This document shows, piece by piece, positions 35,610-46,200 of a stretch of 55,679 bases of DNA (the first letter of the stretch is position 1; every line of letters starts with the position of its first letter). Below the pieces are notes generated by a model. It worked only from the letters and a program-made list of their open reading frames with translations, was not told where the DNA came from and ran no database searches. Source of the stretch: Verrucomicrobiota bacterium (GTDB lineage: Bacteria; Verrucomicrobiota; Verrucomicrobiia; Limisphaerales; CANJXF01). Both the position numbers and the translations under genes were made by a program. The DNA lies in assembly GCA_039925885.1 (NCBI GenBank), contig JBDSYB010000172.1:1-55679 (forward strand). Reading direction: 5' to 3'.

Positions 35610-36545
35610 ATGAGTGCACGCGCGAACAACAACGAAAAGCAATTGCCAGTTTGCTGGTCTGATAATTCGTGGGAGCCGCCTATCTATGCTGCCTCGCTTT
35701 TTCGGGTTAAACCTTTGCAGGTCTCGGCGATTGCGGTTCCGTTTCTGCCAGCTTTTCAAAGGCCGGTTCTGGCGGGTCGTCGGCTTGGTTCGCGCCGCGC
35801 CTTTACCTTAATTGAAATGTTGGTTGTGATCGCCATTATCGGAATCCTGGCGGGATTGCTTTTGCCAGCCTTGGCCAAGGTGAAGGAACGAGCTCGCATC
35901 GCTCAGGCTAAAACAGACATGGTCAATCTGCTTACGTCGATCACCCAGTATCACGCCACTTATGGACGTTATCCTGGAAGCACCAATGCGACGGAATCTC
36001 TAAACACGGTTTGCCCTGACTTCACCTTTGGCACTTTTAACACAGGCTCCAACTCTATACCTGACATTGGAAACACGGGAAATAATTCTCTTTATCAAGC
36101 GAACAACTCCGAAGTCATGGCAATTTTATTGAACCTGGAAACTTACCCAAACACAGGCAATGCCACGGCTAACAAAGATTTTGCACGCAATCCTCAGAAA
36201 ACGGTTTTCTACACCGCCAAGCGTGTCAACGGAACAAGTCCTGGCGGGGTAGGTGATGATCTGGTTTTTCGTGATCCGTGGGGAAGGCCATATATCATCA
36301 CCATTGACTTCAATTACGATAACAAATGTCGCGACGGGTTTTATTGTAAGGCTACTGTCGCTCAACAAAGTGGAAATACGGGCTATAATGCTTTAGTCAG
36401 GTCGCCTTTGGATACTGGCGACCAGTTTGAAGCGAACGTTCCAGCAATGATCTGGTCACTCGGTCCGGACGGAAAGGCTGACGAAGCTATTAAGGCCAAC
36501 GTTGGGGAGAATAAAGACAATATCCTGAGTTGGTTCTCAAAATGA
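35610..36545 (+). CDS. Prepilin-type protein, GspG-like pseudopilin 2 with an unusually long leader
   Basis: The class III signal is RRA|FTLIEMLVVIAIIGILAGLLLPALAKVKERARIAQAKTDM. DPWGRPYII and WSLGPDGKADE are GspG-like motifs. The start is uncertain. The ATG at 35610 implies a 64-aa leader, and the track ORF begins even earlier, at 35538. Confidence 0.8.
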   Translation: MSARANNNEKQLPVCWSDNSWEPPIYAASLFRVKPLQVSAIAVPFLPAFQRPVLAGRRLGSRRAFTLIEMLVVIAIIGILAGLLLPALAKVKERARIAQAKTDMVNLLTSITQYHATYGRYPGSTNATESLNTVCPDFTFGTFNTGSNSIPDIGNTGNNSLYQANNSEVMAILLNLETYPNTGNATANKDFARNPQKTVFYTAKRVNGTSPGGVGDDLVFRDPWGRPYIITIDFNYDNKCRDGFYCKATVAQQSGNTGYNALVRSPLDTGDQFEANVPAMIWSLGPDGKADEAIKANVGENKDNILSWFSK

Positions 36546-37363
36546 AAACCGTATCTCTAATTTATTCAAACCGCATGGGGATAAAGCCTCGCTCTAGCGG
36601 CGCGTTTACTTTGATCGAGTTGTTGCTGGTCATCACCATCATCGGCATTTTAGCGGCTCTTGGTCTCCCGCATTTAAAAGGTTGGGGCGAGGGGAATACG
36701 ATGACTTCTGCCACGCGCCAGTTGATGGATGATTTGGCACTCGCGCGTCAACGGGCCATCAGCGGGCGTTCTACAGTCTATGTCGTCTTCATTTCTCCGC
36801 AGGCTGTGGACCAGAAGTTTTACGATAACTTGAGCGCTGCCGATAAGAAACAGGCGCTGAATCTTTTTAGTGGGCAATATACTACCTACGCTTTATTTAC
36901 GAGGAAGCCGGTAGGGGAACAACCGGGGCGCGAAAACCCGCGTTACTTGACAGCTTGGAAATCGTTGCCGGAAAAAACTTTCATCGCCACTAATAAATTT
37001 GTCGAACTGCAGGAAAACGTTCGTTTCAACTACGCTGAAACCGACCGGCCTTTCGCGACGAACGCCTTTCCGTTTCCGATGGCAGGCAGTTCGAACCAGC
37101 TTCACTTACCATTTGTCGCTTTTAATTCGCAAGGCCAGCTTGTCTCCGAGAATAAAAACCTTGGGAAACCCGTTTATCAAAACGCGATTATTCCCATTAC
37201 CAAAGGCAGTGTGTTTTACGCGCGGGATCGCGATGGTAATCTGGTTCTTGGTCCCGCCGATGCCGTCGAGACCCCGAAGGGAAATTCTCAAACAAATTTT
37301 AACAATATTCGGGTGGATTGGTTGACGGGACGCGCCAAGCTCGAACGGAGGGAATTCCAATGA
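36542..37363 (+). CDS. Prepilin-type protein, GspH/FimT-like minor pseudopilin
   Basis: There is an ATGA overlap with the upstream stop. The signal is SSGA|FTLIELLLVITIIGILAAL. The stretch TSATRQLMDDLALARQRAISG is GspH-like. Confidence 0.75.
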   Translation: MKTVSLIYSNRMGIKPRSSGAFTLIELLLVITIIGILAALGLPHLKGWGEGNTMTSATRQLMDDLALARQRAISGRSTVYVVFISPQAVDQKFYDNLSAADKKQALNLFSGQYTTYALFTRKPVGEQPGRENPRYLTAWKSLPEKTFIATNKFVELQENVRFNYAETDRPFATNAFPFPMAGSSNQLHLPFVAFNSQGQLVSENKNLGKPVYQNAIIPITKGSVFYARDRDGNLVLGPADAVETPKGNSQTNFNNIRVDWLTGRAKLERREFQ

Positions 37364-38262
37364 AGCTAACATCTTGTAGCAGCCGGGGTGCGAATTCCTT
37401 TTCTTCGAGAGGATATCTTGTTACGCGTTCTCTAGCCAAAGTTGCAGCGTTCACTATGATTGAAATCGCCATCTCCCTGGCGGTAATCGCCTTTGCGCTC
37501 GTGGCTATAATCGGCGTGTTGCCTACCGGGATGACCGTGCAGAAGGACAACCGTGAGGAAACGATCATCAACCAGGATGGCCCTTTTTTTCTGGAAGCGA
37601 TTCGAAATGGCGCAAAAGGTCTGGATTATTTAACGAATCACGTGGATTCAATTACTCACCGCAGACGAGGCACTACCAATGGAGCTATTATCGATGAGAC
37701 AATTAAATATACCAACGCTCCGGGACTATTCGCTGTTCAGCCAGACGGTTCACTTTTAGACGGTTCAATGACCAATGGCTTGAAAATCATTGGCCTTTTA
37801 TCAAACGCTCGATATGACGGTGAACCAACGAACCCAACTAATCGAGTGACGAATTCGATTTCTGCTCGTGTTCGAGCATTGACTGGTTCAGCGACGGAGC
37901 AAGGGCAGGCTAATCCTGATTTCGCATTTAGTTATCGTCTGGAATCTGAAATTACACCTTTTATAACCGGTCAGGTTCCAGTTAGTTCTACGAATTATAA
38001 TTTTGATAATGAAACTCCCCCACTGGATCTTGCGCAGAGTGCAAGCTTGAAATCAATTCGTACGATTGAATGGAAAAAAGTCAAAAATCGCGAAACGAAC
38101 ACCTTTGAAGTCCGCCTGATTTTTAAGTGGCCGCTTTTTCAAAACACCAACGGGCCAAATAGACAGAGCGTCCGCACGCTCGTCACCGGCTCACGGACAA
38201 ATGTTGAAGGGTTAGATTTTTTCCAACCGCAATCTTTTGTCGCCGCTACAAACGTTCCATGA
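37360..38262 (+). CDS. Prepilin-type protein, GspI-position minor pseudopilin
   Basis: There is an ATGA overlap with the upstream stop. The signal is KVAA|FTMIEIAISLAVIAFALVAIIGVLP. The assignment to 'I' rests on gene order only. Confidence 0.7.
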   Translation: MKLTSCSSRGANSFSSRGYLVTRSLAKVAAFTMIEIAISLAVIAFALVAIIGVLPTGMTVQKDNREETIINQDGPFFLEAIRNGAKGLDYLTNHVDSITHRRRGTTNGAIIDETIKYTNAPGLFAVQPDGSLLDGSMTNGLKIIGLLSNARYDGEPTNPTNRVTNSISARVRALTGSATEQGQANPDFAFSYRLESEITPFITGQVPVSSTNYNFDNETPPLDLAQSASLKSIRTIEWKKVKNRETNTFEVRLIFKWPLFQNTNGPNRQSVRTLVTGSRTNVEGLDFFQPQSFVAATNVP

Positions 38263-39116
38263 AAATTAAATTTCAAAAAAAGTTTCGCGCGCAAAGCGGT
38301 TTGACGCTTGTGGAAATGATGGTCGCTACGACGCTTTTGGTGGTGATTATGCTGGGTTTGACGGCGATGTTTAACCAGGTGCAACGCGCCTTTCGCGGCG
38401 GATTGAAACAGGTAGATGTTTTTGAGGGAGGCCGGGCGATCATGGATCTGGTCGCCCGCGATGTCGAACAGCTAACTGCTTCCAAAGATACGAATAACTG
38501 GAGTCTCTACGCTGGGATGCAGGCCGATACTTATTTGACCAGCCTTAATCCAACCGGCACCGCGCCATTTCGCACGAACGTCCTGGATGAGTTGTTTTTA
38601 TTGAACTATGCCAGTGATTGGTCGGCTATTGGCTATCGCGTGCTTAACCCGCAGGACCTGAACAATTTTAATAACTTAAAATTCGGAACGCTTTATCGGT
38701 TCTCCACTAATAACTTTGTTGGGTTCCGTTTCCCTACCAATTACTACTTTAATAATCTTTTTAACAGCGGGAATGCGGGACTCCTGCTTACTAATGGTTA
38801 TCTAAGTCGTGTGGCCGACGGCGTAGTTCATTTTAAAGTTACGTTTTATGATGCGGCGGGTTTTGTCACCACCAACGGGACGAAAGGAGTTTCGTTCCTC
38901 AACCCGCAGCCGTCTGTGGATCTTACCAACGAATTTCAAATCGCCTACAGCGGCGATGCGCTGCCTTCCCTGGTGGAAATTGAACTGGGCGTTCTTGAAC
39001 CACAAACTTTGGAGCAGGCCCGGAGCATGGCCGACCCCACTTCGTATTTGCAAAAGCAGGGTGGGAAAATTCACATTTTCAAACAACAAATTCCCATACG
39101 AAACGCACCGAGATGA
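38259..39116 (+). CDS. Prepilin-type protein, GspJ/PilW-position minor pseudopilin
   Basis: There is an ATGA overlap with the upstream stop. The signal is AQSG|LTLVEMMVATTLLVVIMLGLTAMF. Confidence 0.7.
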   Translation: MKIKFQKKFRAQSGLTLVEMMVATTLLVVIMLGLTAMFNQVQRAFRGGLKQVDVFEGGRAIMDLVARDVEQLTASKDTNNWSLYAGMQADTYLTSLNPTGTAPFRTNVLDELFLLNYASDWSAIGYRVLNPQDLNNFNNLKFGTLYRFSTNNFVGFRFPTNYYFNNLFNSGNAGLLLTNGYLSRVADGVVHFKVTFYDAAGFVTTNGTKGVSFLNPQPSVDLTNEFQIAYSGDALPSLVEIELGVLEPQTLEQARSMADPTSYLQKQGGKIHIFKQQIPIRNAPR

Positions 39117-42100
39117 AACATCAGTCACAACGCGGCGTGGCCCTGGTTATCACGCTGATCATGCTTTCCGTCATTACGTTCCTGACGGTCGCCTTCCTCG
39201 CGGTGACTCGGCGGGATCGCGCCTCCGTTACGCAATCGTTGAACCAAACCGACTCGCATCTCATGGCCGATACAGCCCTGGCGCGGTTTCAAGCGGAACT
39301 TGTTTCTGGAATGATGGCGCGTGGCACACTCGGAGATTACGAGTTGATGCTGACACGGAATTATATTCGTGTCGGCGGTTATACTAATCAACCCCTCGAC
39401 CAGTATGATACTAACAATGTAAATTACGATTTTCAGGATGTCGGAGGGCCGTTGAGCAACGATCAACGTATTCGCAATATTGCCAACCTTTATTTTGATC
39501 CGCGTCCACCCGTCTTTGCGCGGAACGCCGATGGCACCACCGAGTTTCGCTTTTTTCTCGATTACAATCGCAATGGACGATTTGAGACGAATGGGTTTCA
39601 GCCAGTGGTAATAGATGAATTGGGGAACACGAATGGAACCTTTAAAAATTTTCTAGGTGAGCCGGAATGGATCGGAGTTCTCCAAAATCCAGAACTTCCC
39701 CACGGCCCAAATAACCGGTTTGTCGGACGCTATCTTTACCTCGCGCTCCCCATCGGCAAGACACTGGATTGGAATTACATTCATAATTACGCCAAGGGCG
39801 ACATCGGTTTGCAGCCCGATTTTAGTTCTGGCGATGGATTTTTGCGCAATCAGGGATTCAGTTCTCACGAAATAAATCTCGCGGGTTTCCTGGTGGACTT
39901 GAATACCAACATGTATGTGAGAAATGCAGCGACGCCGTATCAATATTTTCCCGACACATCGCTCGTAGTTTCTGGAAACACCGGGGATGTTTTTAACGAC
40001 GCGGTTTCTTTTTTGAAATATCGTTACAACGGCAACTTCAACAACCTCAGCAGTGTTAATACTCTTTTTGGGGGAGTGGGGCAGACCGCATTTCAAACCG
40101 ACTTTATAGATGGTTATTCAACGAAGCCGATTCTGGTGCCTCCCTATAGCAACCAGACTGATCCAGATTACCAGCCACCCAACGATTTGACCACTCGGCC
40201 GTGGTCGGGCGCGGACAACAAAGCGCGGTTTATCAATCCCCAGGAGTTATTTGACTCGGCTAAAAGTTCTCCGAATTTCGTGGGTCAACTACAGCGGGTT
40301 TCCACGAACAATAATTCTTACGACCGCTACACCTTTCAACGTTTGCTTGAACAAATCGGCATGGGTTCAGAGCCGGAGGTGAAGGGGAAAATAAACATTA
40401 ACTATGTGAACGATCCGACCCTGAACACGGTGAACACGAACTTCGTGGATTGGACGGCTGTGCAGTTTTTTACCAACGTCGCTGCTCGGCTATTCAAGGA
40501 CAATTTAGTAGCGCTACCGGTTTCGCCTACGCAGACGAATTTTTACCTATTTAACACCAATAATCCCGCCAATCTTGTCCGTGCTGGATTTAGCTACGCA
40601 AACATTCAGATTTATCCGACTAACGAATATACTGCCCCTGTTCATCGGTTGTTGCAGTTGGCAGCCAATGTTTATGACGCGACAACGACTAATAAATATC
40701 CGACTCTTTTTCGTCCTCAAGTCTATACAGATGCAGGACAAACGATTATAAAAAGCTTTGTGGCTGAAACCAACTCCCAGTTCCTGTCGTCTAATATCAT
40801 TGCGTCGATTCAGGAACCTACTAATGTCATTAATCCGGATGGGTTAGTTTGGGGTGTTCCCATGATTATCGGGACAAAAAAGGGATTTCCTAACTTCAAC
40901 AAGTTCGTAATGCAGACCTCGATTCAAATTTCGCGTAATTTGCAAATCAGGAAAAGAGATAGGACTACGATCCCGCCCGTTTTCACCCGAACTAATCAGC
41001 AATTGTTTCTTGGAGTATCCAACAGCATTGCTTTGGAAGCATGGAACTCCTACGTATCGGCTTATAACAAGAGCTTAAGAGTAATAGTTACGAATACGAC
41101 CAGCATGTCTCTGACCAATCAGTCCGGTGTCACCATATGGCCGGCAAATGGTCAACCGACAAACTCGGGGGTTTCTGGTTTCACCAATTTTCTAACCTGG
41201 CCGGGGGTTCTGGCGGGTTCCAATGCTTACTACTTGCCTATAGGAACGAATTCAATGACGTTCCTGGCGGATTCCCAGTTTACAGGCGGGGCTGTTCCTT
41301 TCACCAGTTTGAAAACATATTCAACAAACAACATCGGATTTCCCGTGCCGACGTGGACCGTCGTGATTACGAATCGGTTGCTCTATGTTCTGATTGATAC
41401 TTCTGAGCCGGGTGGCAGGGTGGTTGATTTCGTCAATTTGGCAAATCTTAATAACAACTTAGATATTGCTGACGCACTTTCAAAAAAGGAGCTTAACTCG
41501 AGATATGCGGACCTAGGGGCGCCTGACTCCTTTTTGGGGAAGCTATGGGATACCAACCGAATTGATGGTAGCGGGACGGTAACCGTGCCCACTAAAGGGG
41601 TAGAGTACCAAATAAGCGTTTCCATGGAAGACCCAAAATTGGGAGGCGATTTGTGGGATAGTTTGAATCCCTCCAAGCCGACTGGACCCCAACGGGAAAG
41701 CGAAGTGGATAATTTCCTGAAGTTTATGGGGGATGACCGGGTTTATGACACCAAAAATCAAACCATTCCCCCTGGACTTTCGATCCAGACTCCCTTCAAT
41801 CCCGCTATAAAGTTTGACCAAACTGCGGTGTGGGCTATTAACGACCCTTTGGTTCATTACATGGCGGAAGATTTAAAGAATACCACCAATTCTCTTCAGG
41901 CAAGGGCGCATCCGACCGATCCTCCTCCAACAATGTATTTGAAGAACCTAAGTCCTCGTTATCGACCATGGGGCGGCAATCGTGTGCCTTTCTCAACAGG
42001 CCAACAAATTGGCCAGATAACTGATAACACAGCGTATGACTTTACGGTAAAAGATCCTCGGGTGCGCTGGTCGGACGATTGGGATTTCCCTACCAACAAA

Positions 42101-42937
42101 TTTCCGAGTATTGGCTGGCTTGGCCGTGTGCATCGTGGCACCCCTTGGCAAACTGTGTATTTGAAGGGGTCGATCAACACAAATTGGTTTAAATGGGCGG
42201 GGCACAATGAGAGCAATCCCACGAACGATTGGAAATTGATGGATGTATTCACCGCATCGCCAAATGATAACGCATCGCGGGGCTTGCTTTCGGTGAATCA
42301 AACAAACGTTGGGGCTTGGTCCGCCGTGTTGAGTGGAGTTGTTGGGTTGCGCAACTCTTTAAATGACACCGATGTACAGAAGACTGAGCCTGGCGGAGCT
42401 CAATTAGAAGCTGCGGTCATTCAACCTAATTCGCCCGAACTTTTCAAAATTTTGAACGATATCAATGAAACCCGACGGACACAATTTGGAGGTGTTTTTC
42501 AAAATCTGGGGCAGATTTTGGCGGTGCCGAGTTTATCGGCGAGTTACACCAATCTGGTGATCGGAACCGTCACGAACAATGCCATATCTCCTTCACCTTT
42601 TTTGAATATTGGCAATAGCACTGACAATCCCCAAGCCAATGAGGCACAACGGTATTACGGCATTACGGATGAAGCTGTGGAGCGAATCCCCCGGCAAATC
42701 ATGTCGCTTCTGAAATTGGGGGAAGCGCGCTATGTGGTTTATTGCTACGGACAATCTTTGAAACCCGCCAATAATTCATTGGTTTTGAGTGCGCCAGCCG
42801 GGAGCGGCTTGTTTAATCTTTGCACCAATTATCAAATAACCGGGGAAGTATTGACTCGCTCGCTTTTGAAAGTCGAAGGCACGACAAACAATCCGAGAAC
42901 GGTGATCGAAAACTACAGCATTTTGCCAGCTGATTGA
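39113..42937 (+). CDS. Giant GspK/PilX-like protein (1274 aa)
   Basis: There is an ATGA overlap with the J-like gene. The N-terminus QRGVALVITLIMLSVITFLTVAFLAV lacks Glu5, as GspK/PilX do. Two GspK-style motifs are present: GKININ (40385-40402) and GLLSVNQTNVGAWSAVLSGV (from 42281). Confidence 0.7.
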   Translation: MKHQSQRGVALVITLIMLSVITFLTVAFLAVTRRDRASVTQSLNQTDSHLMADTALARFQAELVSGMMARGTLGDYELMLTRNYIRVGGYTNQPLDQYDTNNVNYDFQDVGGPLSNDQRIRNIANLYFDPRPPVFARNADGTTEFRFFLDYNRNGRFETNGFQPVVIDELGNTNGTFKNFLGEPEWIGVLQNPELPHGPNNRFVGRYLYLALPIGKTLDWNYIHNYAKGDIGLQPDFSSGDGFLRNQGFSSHEINLAGFLVDLNTNMYVRNAATPYQYFPDTSLVVSGNTGDVFNDAVSFLKYRYNGNFNNLSSVNTLFGGVGQTAFQTDFIDGYSTKPILVPPYSNQTDPDYQPPNDLTTRPWSGADNKARFINPQELFDSAKSSPNFVGQLQRVSTNNNSYDRYTFQRLLEQIGMGSEPEVKGKININYVNDPTLNTVNTNFVDWTAVQFFTNVAARLFKDNLVALPVSPTQTNFYLFNTNNPANLVRAGFSYANIQIYPTNEYTAPVHRLLQLAANVYDATTTNKYPTLFRPQVYTDAGQTIIKSFVAETNSQFLSSNIIASIQEPTNVINPDGLVWGVPMIIGTKKGFPNFNKFVMQTSIQISRNLQIRKRDRTTIPPVFTRTNQQLFLGVSNSIALEAWNSYVSAYNKSLRVIVTNTTSMSLTNQSGVTIWPANGQPTNSGVSGFTNFLTWPGVLAGSNAYYLPIGTNSMTFLADSQFTGGAVPFTSLKTYSTNNIGFPVPTWTVVITNRLLYVLIDTSEPGGRVVDFVNLANLNNNLDIADALSKKELNSRYADLGAPDSFLGKLWDTNRIDGSGTVTVPTKGVEYQISVSMEDPKLGGDLWDSLNPSKPTGPQRESEVDNFLKFMGDDRVYDTKNQTIPPGLSIQTPFNPAIKFDQTAVWAINDPLVHYMAEDLKNTTNSLQARAHPTDPPPTMYLKNLSPRYRPWGGNRVPFSTGQQIGQITDNTAYDFTVKDPRVRWSDDWDFPTNKFPSIGWLGRVHRGTPWQTVYLKGSINTNWFKWAGHNESNPTNDWKLMDVFTASPNDNASRGLLSVNQTNVGAWSAVLSGVVGLRNSLNDTDVQKTEPGGAQLEAAVIQPNSPELFKILNDINETRRTQFGGVFQNLGQILAVPSLSASYTNLVIGTVTNNAISPSPFLNIGNSTDNPQANEAQRYYGITDEAVERIPRQIMSLLKLGEARYVVYCYGQSLKPANNSLVLSAPAGSGLFNLCTNYQITGEVLTRSLLKVEGTTNNPRTVIENYSILPAD

Positions 42938-43252
42938 TGAGAGCGAACCCGACAAAAAATTTAAGGAACTGCAAAGCCGGCCGGCTAGGGGCGCATCTTA
43001 AATTTGATACGGAGCGCCGGTTTGCAACCGGCTTTGCGGACAACTTTTTCAGGCGGTTGGTTGGTTTCGCCTCCCGTGCTGGTTTATTCAGCGTTAAAGC
43101 CGACCAGAGGTCGGCGCTCTGTTCGTTGGTAGTGGTGTCAAGATGCGCAGACTGGCAAGAATTTACCAAGGTTTTTGTTGGTTGGCCGGCCTTTTGTGGT
43201 ATGTTGAACGACACAAGAATTATTTCCCAAACTTGGTCCAAATAAATTGTCT

Positions 43253-46200
43253 ATGAGACCTAAAAATTGGTTTTTTCTGAGCATTGCGCTGTTCATCGCC
43301 GCCGCGTTCTTCTGGCACCTTGGCGAAAAGAAGCGGCTGGCCAGCCCTCACGCCGCACCGACGGTGCCTGCTCAAACGAGCCAGTCATCCCGCGCTCCCC
43401 ACAAAATTTTTGCGAAATCCAGTTCATCCAAAAAACGCATTGAACTTGCTTCTGACGCGTCAACGAAGCCGGACTCCACCAATGCCAAATCGCTTTATCC
43501 CAATCGGCTGAGTAACACGACGAAAACGATTGACCAACTTTCCCACGATAACAAAGCGATTTTGTTGCGGAACGCGCTGATTGATACCGGTGCAGGACGC
43601 GTGAGTATTCCAAATCACTTGCGGGCCAAAGGCGATCCGGGCAGTTACATTGTGCAATCGAAGGGTCCCCTTACCGATATATTCCGCGCTCAACTCGCTG
43701 AGGCCAAGGCCCAAATTATTTCCTACGTTCCTAATAATGCGTATCTGGTGCGTATGAGTCGCGACAATGTTGAGGCGCTTCGCGGGATCAAAAGTGTTCA
43801 AGCTATATTGCCTTTTGAACCGTACTACAAACTCGATACCGAGCTGTTGGATTTAGCGGTCAAAAATGAAGCGTTGTCGCTCGATCAACCTGTCCGCGTA
43901 ACGTGGTTTCCCGGGCAGAATGAAGCGGGCGCGACAGCATTGGCCGGGAAGGGGAGCGTGCTCAGTGTAGATTTAAAAAGTTCTCCCTTTGGTCCTGAAT
44001 CAATCGTTGCGACTGAAGATTTAGTAGCTTTGGCAAACATTCCGGAAGTGCAAGGGATTGAGCCATTTTATGAACGTGGCTTGCTCAATGATTTAACACG
44101 GGTTCGTTTGGGCGTATCGACTAACTCGCTAACATCAACCCCGAATTACCAAAATCTGACTGGATCGAATGTTCTTGTGAATGTGAACGACACAAGTATT
44201 GATAATGGCCATCCCGATTTAACTCCAAGAATTTTTGTAGGGCCAGGGGTCACGAACACTGACGAAGTGGGACATGGGACGCATGTGGCGGGCATTATTG
44301 CCAGCAGCGGGGTAAACGGACCGACTGGTGCCAATGTGCCGGGATCAGCGCCGAACGCAAATTTCCGCGGTAAAGCGCCAGCGGCCAACATTTTTTCGCT
44401 CGATATTTTTGCGGGTTTGGCGGATTCAGAATTGCAGGAGACAGCAGCGCGAACCAATTTGTTTGGATTTAATCGTCAGTCGCCTTTGATCTCAAATAAC
44501 AGTTGGGGCTATCCCGGTTCGAAAAATTACAATTCAGCATCGGCCAGTTACGATATGGCGGTTCGCGATGCCATTCCGGGCGTGCAAGGTTCTCAGCCAA
44601 TAATTTATGTTTTTGCCGCGGGTAATAGTGGCGGGGGAAATAACAACGGGCAGGGTGGATCCGCTGGCTCGGTTATCTCGCCATCCACTGCCAAGAATGT
44701 AATTACCGTAGGCGCGTTGGAAAGCCCTCGCTTCATTACTAACGATGTCATTCGCAAAAATCGGTTTTGCAACCTTTCAACCAATAAAGAATTTCTCGGC
44801 TTCACGGACAGTTCAAACGAAGTGGCATTCTTTTCGAGTAGAGGAAATGTTGGTATTGGCCAAGAAGGAACTTACGGGCGACTTAAACCTGATGTGGTGG
44901 AGCCAGGGACGTTTATCCTATCTACGCGGTCCCGCCAGTTCGACGAAGGCGCTTATTATAGTACGACTAACTATGACGTGCGGACAATTCCCAATCTAAT
45001 CTTGGATCCTGGCGCGACGAATCGCTTTTCTATTTTTGTGTCGGATGACCCCTGCGATGAGGGTCGTGCTTTGCGGTTGAGGATTGATACGCTGCCTAAC
45101 TCTACTTCGCCTGACCCCTTTCCACCTTTGCAGATATTCGTTAACACGAATGCCGCCGTCTCTGCATCGTCTAACCCCGCTAACTTTGTCGGCACGAATT
45201 CCGTGACGCTTGTCGAAGGGGATCCACAATTTTTTCGCGGGGTGCGGGTTTACTGCGAGATCGTCAACACGAACAACATAGAGGTAAGTTTCAACCGTCG
45301 AACAGAAATCATGCTGACAAATGATTATGGTAATTATTTCGACACCTTGCGAAGCCTAAATGCCACAGTTGCTCCAAACTATTTTTTTGAATCTGGAACC
45401 AGTATGGCTGGGCCCGCTACTTCGGGAATGCTTGCGCTCGTGCAAGAATTTTTTGAGCAAACTTTGCCTGCTGGTATACGTCGAACCAATAGTCCCGCAA
45501 TGATGAAGGCCCTGCTTATCAACAGTGCTCGTTCTCCCGACGATCTACTCTATAAATTGGATGCGAACAGCACCTTGAATATTGCCGGGTGGGGCCTGCC
45601 GAACTTAACGCGCATTTTGCCGACGGTTCTCGCCTCTGAGCCCGATACTAACAAGTGGCCGATTCAGATGTTCGACCAAAGCACAAATAGTGCTCTGGCC
45701 ACGGGAGAGGCGCATTCCCGAACAATTACAGTCGCAGACACTAATTCCCCTTTACGGGTTACTCTTGTCTGGACTGATCCTCCCGGCAATCCGCAAGTCG
45801 GCATTAAGTTAGTCAACGATCTTGACCTTGTGATAAAAACGACTGTGACCAACGGCTTCGGCACTAACGTCACGACTACCACAAATGTGTATCTAGGAAA
45901 CCATTTCTCTGGAGGTGGACAGTTCACGGATCCTGTTGAGGTCGGGACGAATTCAGGGAGTTTTTTGGATTCATCGCGTGATGTGGTGAACAATGTGGAA
46001 AATGTTTATATTAATGGCCCGCTAAGTGGCACTTACGAAGTATCCGTTGTCGCCCGACGTGTGAACGTCAACGCCGTCACCGCGCACACCAATGGAGTTG
46101 TCCAGGATTACGCTCTGGTTATTTCAAGTGGCAATCTGGCAGAGACTGCGCCCTTCGCAGTGGCGCCTATCGCTCCACCACCATCGCCCAACACCAATGG

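Noticed and set aside
42934-43245. A 103-aa ORF that exactly tiles the gap between the K-like gene and the S8 protease. Its TTGATGA start overlaps the upstream stop, and its own stop lies 1-7 nt before the protease start.
   Set aside because: The translation is Arg/Cys-rich and motif-free. The DNA contains hairpins (gccggtt-tgc-aaccggc at 43016-43032 and gccgacc-aga-ggtcggc at about 43100) that fit a non-coding spacer better. The tiling is notable, so ribosome profiling or conservation analysis could revisit it.
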